Below are positions 56,277-64,000 of a DNA stretch of 64,000 nucleotides, piece by piece. The notes under the pieces were generated by a model. The model was not told where the DNA came from. It ran no database searches and saw only the letters and a program-made list of their open reading frames with translations. Position 1 is the first letter of the stretch. Each line of letters opens with the position of its first letter. The position numbers were made by a program, and so were the translations under genes. Location of the stretch: positions 12,600-76,599 of the forward strand of contig CADBXV010000002.1 of the NCBI GenBank assembly GCA_902798645.1, written 5' to 3'. This stretch comes from an uncultured bacterium. GTDB lineage: Bacteria; Cyanobacteriota; Vampirovibrionia; Gastranaerophilales; Gastranaerophilaceae.

Positions 56277-57602
56277 TTTTGTACACTCTAAAGCAACATC
56301 TGTTACAAAATCCATGTCATCTTTTTCGATAATTAAAGGCGGATTAAAGTAAATGACATCACCCAACGGTCTTAAGATAACCCCTTTTTCTAATGCTTTT
56401 TTATAAATCTGGTATCCCGTTCGCTTTGTATAGTCCAAAGGTTCTTTTGTACTCTTATCTTTTACAAGTTCTATTGCATTAACTAAACCGATTGAACGAA
56501 CTTCCCCAACATTTTCAAGCGGTAAAAATTTTTCTTTGATTATTTTATTAAAATATTTTGCCTTCTCTACTGCACGAGGGATTATTTCTTCTTCTTTCAA
56601 AATATTCAAAACCTCAATTCCGGCTGAACATGCAAGCGGATTTCCTGCGTATGTATGAGAGTGCATGAAAGCTTTACCCTTTAGATAATCATCATAAAAA
56701 GCATCATAAATTTCTTGAGTTGTTACGCAAACCGACATCGGCATATATCCACCGGTTAAACCTTTTGAAAGACACATTATATCAGGACTAACACCTGCAT
56801 GGTCAAAGGCAAAAAACTTACCCGTTCTTCCGTATCCTGTTGCAATTTCATCAGCTATCAAATGTACGTTATACTTGTCGCACAATTCTCTTAATTTCTT
56901 CAAATAAAGAGGCGGATAGACTTTCATTCCTGCGGAGCCTTGAAGCAAAGGTTCAACAATAATAGCTGCAGTTTCATCAGCATATTTTTTGAATGCTTCT
57001 TCTGCTTTTACAAAACATTCACAGTTACAGCAATCCTTGCACTTTCCCCACTGACAACGATAACAGTCAATTCCTTCTATTCTTATTACATCTAAAAGCA
57101 ATGGTTTATAAAGCTCGGAGTACAAATCAACTCCGCCGACTGCTAATGCTCCAAGCGTTTCCCCATGATAAGCATCAGCAAGCGCCATAAATCTTTTCTT
57201 TTGAGGATTCCCTGTTTGATAATGATATTGAAAACTCATCTTTAAAGCCATTTCAATTGCAGCGGAGCCGTTATCTGCAAAATTAAATTTGCATAAACCT
57301 TTAGGCAAAACCTCCATTAATTTTTGGCAGAGAGTTATTGCAGTTTTATGGGTAAAATTAGCAAAAATAACATGTTCTAATGTATCAACCTGCTTTTTTA
57401 TTGCTTGATTAATTCTTGGATGACAATGACCGAGAAGATTGCACCACCAAGAGCTTATTACATCTTTATAGCATTTACCGTTTATGTCATACAAATTAAT
57501 ACCCTTGCCGCTTTCAATTACAATTGGCGGAAGTGTTTCGTAATCTTTCATCTGTGAACAAGGATGCCATATATATTTCAAATCTTCTTTTTGCCAGTCC
57601 AT
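56262..57602 (-). CDS. bioA: adenosylmethionine--8-amino-7-oxononanoate transaminase
   Basis: Class III aminotransferase; W.PC.Q, SGSAAIE-like, DEIATGYGRTGK.FA, and the PLP lysine in LSKGLTGGY. Confidence 0.85.
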   Translation of the reverse strand: MDWQKEDLKYIWHPCSQMKDYETLPPIVIESGKGINLYDINGKCYKDVISSWWCNLLGHCHPRINQAIKKQVDTLEHVIFANFTHKTAITLCQKLMEVLPKGLCKFNFADNGSAAIEMALKMSFQYHYQTGNPQKKRFMALADAYHGETLGALAVGGVDLYSELYKPLLLDVIRIEGIDCYRCQWGKCKDCCNCECFVKAEEAFKKYADETAAIIVEPLLQGSAGMKVYPPLYLKKLRELCDKYNVHLIADEIATGYGRTGKFFAFDHAGVSPDIMCLSKGLTGGYMPMSVCVTTQEIYDAFYDDYLKGKAFMHSHTYAGNPLACSAGIEVLNILKEEEIIPRAVEKAKYFNKIIKEKFLPLENVGEVRSIGLVNAIELVKDKSTKEPLDYTKRTGYQIYKKALEKGVILRPLGDVIYFNPPLIIEKDDMDFVTDVALECTKVFVR

Positions 57603-57631
57603 AAAATCTCCTCATAATGTTTACTCAAATA

Positions 57632-58462
57632 TCAACCTAACATGGCGACATTTGTTTTTCCGAATTTTGCAGAAAGATCATCTATATGGTGAACCAGATA
57701 CAAAATCGGCTCAATATCTTTTTCGTTAAGATCAATAATTGCTCCCCAATCGGCTCTTGCGTGATGAGCGGCTATCATTCTTGCCACACGTTTAAACCCT
57801 GCATTCATACATACACTAAAACCGTATTGAGAATGAGTTATCCATTCTTTTCTAAATTCTTCGTTATAGTCAATCAAACCTGATTCAAGATTAACAGTAT
57901 ATTCAAAAACCTTACCTATATCGTGTAAAAGACACGCAGCATATACTTCATCCTTATTAACTCTTTGAAAAAACATTTCAAACATTGTATCTGCATATCT
58001 TAAGCACTCGTGAGTATGCACCATCAATCCTCCGATATAATTATGATGCATTAATTTTGCAGCCGGAGCTGTTAGGATTTTTTCTTTATTTTCCGCATAA
58101 ATATCTGAAACAAATTTTTTAAGCTTTTCATCTTTAATTTTATTTATATATTGAACTAAAGCTTGATACTCTTCTTCTCTTTCACTTTCTTCCAAGCCGG
58201 TTTTAGCTTCTTTAATAAGTTCAAGAGCTTGTATTAGACAATTATTATATTTTTCATTAAAAGACCCCGATACTATCCTGAGTTGATTTCCTGAACGGAA
58301 TAATTTTGAATCCATTCTGTTTAAAGCTTCTTCCCACAGAATACAATTCAAAAATTCATCATTTTCCAAGTCTTTTAACTGAAGTTTACCCATTTTCGTT
58401 CCTGATTTTGTATCCCCGATAGAAAATGTTACAACTTCATAAATAATATCCGTACTAAACAT
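57632..58462 (-). CDS. OB-fold plus HD-domain protein, YhaM-like 3'-5' exoribonuclease family
   Basis: N-terminal OB-like region, HHNYIGGLMVHTHE and LLHDIGK HD motifs. Confidence 0.55.
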   Translation of the reverse strand: MFSTDIIYEVVTFSIGDTKSGTKMGKLQLKDLENDEFLNCILWEEALNRMDSKLFRSGNQLRIVSGSFNEKYNNCLIQALELIKEAKTGLEESEREEEYQALVQYINKIKDEKLKKFVSDIYAENKEKILTAPAAKLMHHNYIGGLMVHTHECLRYADTMFEMFFQRVNKDEVYAACLLHDIGKVFEYTVNLESGLIDYNEEFRKEWITHSQYGFSVCMNAGFKRVARMIAAHHARADWGAIIDLNEKDIEPILYLVHHIDDLSAKFGKTNVAMLG

Positions 58463-58493
58463 TTAAACTCCTTATTTTTATTAAATTATATCA

Positions 58494-58529
58494 TAAAAAA
58501 GAATTGAATCTTTATTTGATCCAATTCTT
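58494..58529 (-). terminator. intrinsic terminator about 20 nt upstream of the yhaM-like RBS
   Basis: Minus strand reads AAGAATTGGATC-aaataaa-GATTCAATTCTTTTTT; the RBS AAGGAG and the ATG follow. Confidence 0.6.
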
Positions 58530-58741
58530 TCTTCCTCTCTCCTAACAGCTATTGTCTATACTCATCTCTTTTCAATAGCATTTCCCTATTAATCTCTGCC
58601 GCTATGACAAATGCCATTTCCGTATGGCACCGCATAACCTTATACACCGTTTAACAGACATTTCCTTATGCCTTTTAAGAAGATTCATACTTTCGGATAG
58701 TTGTTGTTTCAATCAAATAACCCTTACGTTATAAACACATG
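58530..58741 (-). ncRNA. candidate cis-regulatory leader or sRNA of unknown class
   Basis: Minus-strand promoter TTTACA (58771-58776), 17-nt spacer, TATAAA (58748-58753); purine-rich transcript with three ATA-N-GGAAATG repeats, two of them in hairpin loops; ends at the terminator 58494..58529. Confidence 0.35.
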
Positions 58742-58765
58742 AGTATATTTATACTCTAAATAACT

Positions 58766-58825
58766 GCAATTGTAAATATAATGGTCAACTATCTTTACAA
58801 TTGCTTACAATTATTACCTTGTAAG
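58766..58825. promoter_or_regulatory. two inverted repeats built from TTGTAA/TTACAA half-sites in a divergent promoter region
   Basis: GCAATTGTAAA-N17-TTTACAATTGC (58766-58804) encloses a TATAAT box (58777-58782); CTTACAA-N8-TTGTAAG (58804-58825). Confidence 0.5.
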
Positions 58826-58866
58826 AGAATTTTAATTTTGTCAGCTTGTTTTATTATGCTTATACT

Positions 58867-60435
58867 ATGACTAACGAATTCCATACAGAATACCAATATG
58901 ACCGCTGTACTTCAAGAGGAATATGTTCTATTAATCCTACAACTTCTTCATTACTGGAGGTTATTCTTTTATATCTTAGGCACGCTGCTTATTACGGACT
59001 GCAATTTGAAAAAAAAGGGATTAAAAATAAAATCATCAGAAATTTAATTTTAAACACGCTCTCAATTTTAAGTTCTAATTATGAGATTTCTGAAAGAAAT
59101 TTTGAAATAATAAATTCCGCATTTCAAAAGGAATTACCTGTAATATTAAAAGAATACAAAGAGTCCTTCGATAATAAGCAATTGCTTGAAACAGAAAAAC
59201 TGTTAAATTCAGCTAAAACAATAAACGAGTATATACGTTTTGGGGAAAAAGAATTCAACAAAAGAATTCGAAATATGGAAGCAAAAGACAGAAACCTGTA
59301 CAGAATATTGTTTATACTGACGAAAAGTTTGTGTGTAAACATTTTGACTTATGAAAGTTTCGGGCAAGATGCCGAAGAAGAAATTCTTTCTGCATTTGAA
59401 GTTTTAGACTTGTTAAATTCTGTACAAAAAAACAGAGAAAACATAAAAGAGTTTATTTCTAATATTGCAAAAAAAGATTGTGAGTTAATGAAAAATATTC
59501 GTTTAATTCAAGAAAAAGAATACGGAAAACAAGAAGAATGTGAAGTATCGTTTTCAACCCAAAAAAGTAAAGCTGTTTTAGTTGTCGGTACAAATTTAAA
59601 AGAACTTGAAAAAATATTAGACGAATTTCAAGAAAAAGACATAGATATTTATACTCATGATAATATGATTCTGGCTCACACTTTTCCGAAATTAAGAAAA
59701 TATAAAAATTTAAAAGGACAATTCGGTCAAGGAATGGAAAATTGCCTCTTAGACTTTTCAACATTTCCCGGTCCTATTATTCTTACAAGAAATTCACTGT
59801 TTAATATAGAAAATTTATACCGAGGACGTCTGTTCACAACTGATTTTGCATATTCAAAAGGTGTAATTCCAATAAAAAATAATGATTATTCCGGTGTAAT
59901 TATTTCAGCAGAAGAATCAAAAGGATTTAAAACCGGAAAAACCTGCCCTAAAGAAAAGATAGGTTTTTCTTTAGAATCTGCATTAAATACAATTAACAAA
60001 AAACTGGAAAATAAAAACTTTGAACAAATTATTCTTATAGGAATTGACGGATATTCAATAGAAGAAAAAGAATACTTCAAAACTTTATTGCAGCGAATTC
60101 CGCAAAATATATTGATAATATCTCTTTCCTGCTGCCAATCAAAAGATAACATTATTTGTTTGAATGCGTCTTTTGACAATACAAGTATGATTAGACTAAC
60201 AGAGGAGATTACAAAAATTACGAAGAAAAAGATGACACTGTTCTTTCCGTACTCTGACAGACATACGCTGTCTTCCATACTGTATTTGAGTAGAATTAAT
60301 ACAAATAAAACATTTGTGGGAAAATGGAATCAAACAATTATAAATCCTAATATTATGAAAGGACTCAAAGAAGATTTTAACATTTTAGAACTTTCTACAC
60401 CAAAAAATGACCTTGATTGCATAACAAACAGTTAA
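58867..60435 (+). CDS. hybrid-cluster protein (Hcp/prismane) homologue lacking most cluster ligands
   Basis: KAVLVVGTNLKELEKIL..IDIYTHDNMILAH..KYKNLKGQFG....FPGPIILTRNS aligns residue-for-residue with the Hcp core K.ILISGHDLKDL..VYTHGEMLPAH..KFKHLVGNYG....FPGPIVMTSNC; start taken as the ATG at 58867 (the track uses the TTG at 58846). Confidence 0.7.
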   Translation: MTNEFHTEYQYDRCTSRGICSINPTTSSLLEVILLYLRHAAYYGLQFEKKGIKNKIIRNLILNTLSILSSNYEISERNFEIINSAFQKELPVILKEYKESFDNKQLLETEKLLNSAKTINEYIRFGEKEFNKRIRNMEAKDRNLYRILFILTKSLCVNILTYESFGQDAEEEILSAFEVLDLLNSVQKNRENIKEFISNIAKKDCELMKNIRLIQEKEYGKQEECEVSFSTQKSKAVLVVGTNLKELEKILDEFQEKDIDIYTHDNMILAHTFPKLRKYKNLKGQFGQGMENCLLDFSTFPGPIILTRNSLFNIENLYRGRLFTTDFAYSKGVIPIKNNDYSGVIISAEESKGFKTGKTCPKEKIGFSLESALNTINKKLENKNFEQIILIGIDGYSIEEKEYFKTLLQRIPQNILIISLSCCQSKDNIICLNASFDNTSMIRLTEEITKITKKKMTLFFPYSDRHTLSSILYLSRINTNKTFVGKWNQTIINPNIMKGLKEDFNILELSTPKNDLDCITNS

Positions 60436-60501
60436 TAAATTGCCCTGTTTTAAGATTTGATGTATATTTAAATAATAATTTTCAAAATTTTAGGAGCAAA
60501 A

Positions 60502-61320
60502 ATGTTTAAAGTTATAAAAGAGAGTTTTAAATTGACAAATGAAAATATAATTATTGCAACACCTTTGATTTTATTTTCTTTAATATCCACTTTATATTTA
60601 ATTTTTTCATCAGGCGGAAATAAAATAGGATTATTGTTCTCTGTAATCTTATTTTTTCTTATGTTGGGAGCTTTCCTTTCAGGTTGGTTTTATATGATTG
60701 CAAGAGTTATCAAAAATCCTGATAACAATGGTAATAAATTAATTACAGAATTTCCATCCGGTGTAGGAGAATACTTTGTTGTAACATTAGTAATGATTTT
60801 TAAGATATTACTGATATCTGCAATTATTATTATAATAGCCTTTCTTGCCGGTAAAAAGTTTATAGGAGGAATCGGCATTCCGTATTCACAGCTTTCATCA
60901 TCAATTAGTAATGTTGAAGATATGAAAGCTCTTATTGATTCCATGAGCAGAGAACAACTTATTAAAATAAATGCATGGAATTTGTTAATCTTCTTTAGTA
61001 TGTTATTTAATTATTTTATTTTGTTATTTTATCCGGCTGTAATTTTCTTCAAAAGAAAAAATCCTTTCATTGCCTTTTGGATTTCTCTTAAAGATACTTT
61101 TGGCAGAAAATTCTTTAAAAATGTCGGCTTGTTTTTATTAATCATGATTTTATACATGATTATTTCTTCATTAATGGCACTTTTTGGGAAAAATATGTTT
61201 ATTCACTTTACATTAACATTGATAAACTTCTATTATGCAACATTTGTCGGAATTTTAGTATTTAACTATTATTATACCAACTTTGCAAAAATAGGTTCTG
61301 CAATCGACACAAGAGTATAA
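60502..61320 (+). CDS. polytopic membrane protein, function unknown
   Basis: About six hydrophobic segments. Confidence 0.55.
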   Translation: MFKVIKESFKLTNENIIIATPLILFSLISTLYLIFSSGGNKIGLLFSVILFFLMLGAFLSGWFYMIARVIKNPDNNGNKLITEFPSGVGEYFVVTLVMIFKILLISAIIIIIAFLAGKKFIGGIGIPYSQLSSSISNVEDMKALIDSMSREQLIKINAWNLLIFFSMLFNYFILLFYPAVIFFKRKNPFIAFWISLKDTFGRKFFKNVGLFLLIMILYMIISSLMALFGKNMFIHFTLTLINFYYATFVGILVFNYYYTNFAKIGSAIDTRV

Positions 61321-61460
61321 ATCAGACAAATTAATTAATGCTTTTGTCTAATGAAAACTTTTCACAAAAAAGTTATATTAATAATGTAAATATTCCGCAG
61401 TAAAACCCACTTGTGCTTACAGGTTTATGAGAGAGTGTTTCTCTCGGAGGTTGCGGTTGA

Positions 61461-61493
61461 AAAGGCAGGTTTGTTGAGTTACCTGCCTTTTTT
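61461..61493. terminator. bidirectional intrinsic terminator
   Basis: AAAGGCAGGT-ttgttgagtt-ACCTGCCTTTTTT. Confidence 0.7.
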
Positions 61494-61495
61494 AA

Positions 61496-62275
61496 TTATT
61501 TAACATCTTTAACTTCCGCCCAGAAAGTAGGCTTTGCGGATGTACAATCTAACATATCAATTACTCTATAGTTAGGCGCCGGTGCAGTTGATATATGAAC
61601 AACACCATTAACGGTTTCTTCTTTGTTAACACCGAAATGACCTGCAATAACAGCTTTTACATTGCTGTGTTTTTTTATTACGTCTAAATATTTTTGCGCT
61701 TTAAATGTAAAATAACTCTCATTATTTTCCGGAGCTACAAGAGGGAAATGTTGTAATATAACAACATTCTTCTTCGGATACAAATCCAAATTTGCATCTA
61801 CCCACTCAACAACATCATCTTTATAATACCCGTTGGTACTTGGAATAACATCCTTTGCTCCGTCTGCGACCATAAAAACTACACCGCTTTTTTCAAATGT
61901 GTAATTCAAATCAGCAGTTTTATAATTTGACAGTTTTTTCTTTAAATAAGTCTGATATTCTTTTTTACTAAGATCCTTGTATTTATTAACATCTTTATCA
62001 CCAATTACAACATAAAACGGCATGTGAAGTTTTTTTGCTTCCGATATAAAATCTTCTAAATCCTGTTTGCTCGGTTTTTCTAAACAATCTCCTGTAAATA
62101 CCGTAAAACTAACTTTCTTTTGCTTATTTACATCTTTAATAACTTTCTTTAATGTTGATGAGTTATTACTTTTTGAATACCTTACATCCGTAATTTGAAC
62201 AAATCGCAAATCTTTTGCTAAAACATTTGTCGTTAATAAAGTGTAAATTAAAAGCAATCCCAATATTTTTTTCAT
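61496..62275 (-). CDS. secreted calcineurin-like metallophosphoesterase
   Basis: Signal peptide; ITDVRY, TGDC, GDKD, LQHFP, GHFG motifs. Confidence 0.75.
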   Translation of the reverse strand: MKKILGLLLIYTLLTTNVLAKDLRFVQITDVRYSKSNNSSTLKKVIKDVNKQKKVSFTVFTGDCLEKPSKQDLEDFISEAKKLHMPFYVVIGDKDVNKYKDLSKKEYQTYLKKKLSNYKTADLNYTFEKSGVVFMVADGAKDVIPSTNGYYKDDVVEWVDANLDLYPKKNVVILQHFPLVAPENNESYFTFKAQKYLDVIKKHSNVKAVIAGHFGVNKEETVNGVVHISTAPAPNYRVIDMLDCTSAKPTFWAEVKDVK

Positions 62276-62392
62276 TTTTACCCCTTTAGTAAATAACAGA
62301 ACTTTCTAATGCACATTTTATCATAAAATAGTGAAAATTTTTCAAACATGAGTTATAATATACATGCAATGTATAAATCATAGGCAAGGATT

Positions 62393-62650
62393 ATGTCTTT
62401 TGATTTCTCATCAAATATCAACCCACCAATGAGAGCAGGCGCATCATACAAGGATGGAAGCGGTATGGGCGGCGGCGGAATGTATTTTCAGCAAGGTAAA
62501 AAACGTAAAGATCAGCCTGAAGAAGATATGTTTGAACGCAAACCTGACGAAAGCGATGATATTACTTTTACGGATATTTCCGAAGACGAGATTCCGCAAG
62601 ATAATATTGTTAACAAATTCGTAAATTGGTTTAGGTTAAAAAAAGAATAA
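62393..62650 (+). CDS. small acidic, Gly-rich hypothetical protein (85 aa)
   Basis: ORF only. Confidence 0.4.
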   Translation: MSFDFSSNINPPMRAGASYKDGSGMGGGGMYFQQGKKRKDQPEEDMFERKPDESDDITFTDISEDEIPQDNIVNKFVNWFRLKKE

Positions 62651-62753
62651 AGTTTTTTAAACAACTGAAGGCAACTAAAAAATCTTAACTTTTTAATCAC
62701 CCTCTGCTTTTCAAAGGCTCTTGAATATAATTTAGGCACAGTTTTACCAATTA

Positions 62754-62784
62754 TAAAAGAGGTTGACCAAGTTTTTGGACAACC
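62754..62784 (-). terminator. intrinsic terminator of the ECF sigma operon
   Basis: GGTTGACCAA-gttt-TTGGACAACC with one mismatch; a T-run follows on the minus strand. Confidence 0.5.
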
Positions 62785-62814
62785 CCCATTGTTTTTTCTC
62801 TTATTTCCGTTTTA

Positions 62815-63348
62815 TTATTCTTTGCAAGGCGGAGGCGGAAGTTCTCGTCTTTTTTTGTCAAAGTTTTTTCTGCCTTCTTTTTTCATATTTTTTAAAGTCT
62901 TTTTTTGATTTTTTGTTAAGATTGTTTCAAAATCTTTCATATTTTGTTTTCTGATTGTTTGAGCTTCCTTTTCTAAAACAGCTAAGTCTTTATCAATTTG
63001 AGTTAATTTTTCCTCTTGAGCCTGAACACTAAGTTTAGAATTTCTTACCATTTCCGCTTCCTGTTTTTTAATCTTGATTTGCTCCATAACAGGTTTCATT
63101 TTTTCATGCCCTGACTTTCTGAGTTCTCTGGCTTTTAATTTTTGAACTTCCGTCAAGTTTAACTTTTTTTCAAAAGCGGCTTCATGAGCTTTTCTAATTT
63201 GTTTTATTTGTTCCGGATTCGGGAATTTTCTTTCAATATTCGGTCGTTGACCTATTTTTTCTATGTTCCCTTTTGCGCCTTCATCAGCAGCATTTGCGGC
63301 ACCTGCCAAAATACACATTGCACATGTCATTATTAATAGCTTTTTCAT
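62815..63348 (-). CDS. periplasmic LTXXQ-motif (Spy/CpxP/ZraP-like) protein
   Basis: Signal peptide; LTEVQKLKARELRK LTXXQ motif; Lys/Glu-rich helices. Confidence 0.55.
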   Translation of the reverse strand: MKKLLIMTCAMCILAGAANAADEGAKGNIEKIGQRPNIERKFPNPEQIKQIRKAHEAAFEKKLNLTEVQKLKARELRKSGHEKMKPVMEQIKIKKQEAEMVRNSKLSVQAQEEKLTQIDKDLAVLEKEAQTIRKQNMKDFETILTKNQKKTLKNMKKEGRKNFDKKRRELPPPPCKE

Positions 63349-63367
63349 ATTTTATTACCTTTCTTTT

Positions 63368-63865
63368 TTAAATTAAGTCACTCAATACCACAGCAAGTTC
63401 TTTTTTTGCATTAAAAATTCTTGATTTTATCGTTCCTGTCGGACAGTTGAGTTTTTTTGAAGCTTCTTCATATGTGTATCCGTATATTTCACACATCATA
63501 ATTACTTCTTTAAATTTTGGTTTTAAATGTTCAACTGCATCAATAATCTTTTTTTGTCTTTCTGTAGTTATAATTGTTTCTTCCGGACTTTTTTTTCTGT
63601 CACGAATGTTAACAAGAACATCTTCGTCTGCAGTACAATTTTGTTCGTTCTTAACAACCGCCGATTTTAAATAGTCTTTGGAAGCGTTTTTTGCAACAGT
63701 ATTAACCCAGCTTTTTAAAGAGCCTCGTTCTTCATACTTATCCGAGTTTTTCCATAACTTGATATAAACTTCTTGTTCTATATCTTCGTTTTCTTGATTA
63801 GTTATCAATCTGATAATATTTTTGATATTTTGTTTATTTGTTTTTATTAGTTCGTTAAAATTCAT
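63368..63865 (-). CDS. ECF-type RNA polymerase sigma factor
   Basis: Region 2 (EQEVYIKLWKN..) and region 4 HTH (YGYTYEEASKKLNCPTGTIKSRIFNAKKEL). Confidence 0.85.
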   Translation of the reverse strand: MNFNELIKTNKQNIKNIIRLITNQENEDIEQEVYIKLWKNSDKYEERGSLKSWVNTVAKNASKDYLKSAVVKNEQNCTADEDVLVNIRDRKKSPEETIITTERQKKIIDAVEHLKPKFKEVIMMCEIYGYTYEEASKKLNCPTGTIKSRIFNAKKELAVVLSDLI

Positions 63866-64000
63866 TCATCTACCGTTAACAATCCGTATGAATCTACAGG
63901 AAAGCCTAAATCTTCCGCGGAAAGTGTATCACCATACTTTAAAGTATCCATCAAGTCATCATCTGTTAAAGCAAAGCCTCCGACAGATGCAAGCGAAAAC
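63862..64000 (-). CDS. C-terminal fragment of an unknown protein, overlapping the sigma-factor gene start by 3 nt (ATGA)
   Basis: Open frame ..FSLASVGGFALTDDDLMDTLKYGDTLSAEDLGFPVDSYGLLTVDE, stop codon; runs off the window. Confidence 0.45.
   Translation of the reverse strand, partial: FSLASVGGFALTDDDLMDTLKYGDTLSAEDLGFPVDSYGLLTVDE

Noticed and set aside
56990-57075. Cys-rich segment in BioA (CYRCQWGKCKDCCNCEC) as a novel metal-binding insertion
   Set aside because: From memory, a C.RC....C...C segment at this position is common in BioA and other class III aminotransferases of anaerobes and Firmicutes. I cannot verify this here, and it is not obviously unusual.
1-64000. CRISPR arrays, tRNA/rRNA genes, transposases, integrases and prophage structural genes
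   Set aside because: There are no regularly spaced direct repeats. No cloverleaf-compatible sequence or GGTTCGAATCC-type T-arm was seen in any intergenic gap. No DDE, tyrosine-recombinase or serine-recombinase signatures appear in any ORF.

Overview
AT-rich (about 30-35% GC by eye), densely coding chromosomal segment from a diderm, fermentative anaerobe. The gene content is reminiscent of non-photosynthetic cyanobacterial relatives (Melainabacteria/Vampirovibrionia) or a similar gut anaerobe: CsaB, LptC/LptA-like, AsmA-like, a CHASE2 cyclase, and mraY outside a dcw cluster. Taxonomy cannot be settled from this window. Housekeeping genes recognised: queA (5' end only), yidC, kdgK-eda, topA, dprA, metG, mraY, bioA, adhE and rex. 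No rRNA, tRNA, CRISPR array, transposase or integrase was seen. Regions worth a second look: (1) one long minus-strand operon, rex / 2Fe-2S ferredoxin / PAS-containing sensory-type [FeFe]-hydrogenase / SpoIIE-PP2C phosphatase / 2Fe-2S ferredoxin / catalytic-type [FeFe]-hydrogenase / hypothetical / Fe-ADH, sitting directly downstream of adhE; (2) a methyltransferase island at 47.6-52.3 kb with three adenine/N4-type MTases, no recognisable endonuclease, and a solitary protein with an H-(Y/F)-E ADP-ribosyltransferase-like signature; (3) two exact sigma-28-type promoters (TAAA-N15-GCCGATAA), each in front of tiny unannotated ORFs; (4) a ~280-nt leader or sRNA candidate with its own promoter, three ATA-N-GGAAATG repeats and an intrinsic terminator abutting the RBS of a yhaM-like/bioA operon; (5) an Hcp (hybrid-cluster protein) homologue that has lost most cluster ligands; (6) an HNH-containing protein and a 934-aa protein sharing a Ser/Asn/Ile-rich, acid-free N-terminal leader; (7) two small palindromic repeat families. 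All functional calls come from motif recognition by eye, with no database search.
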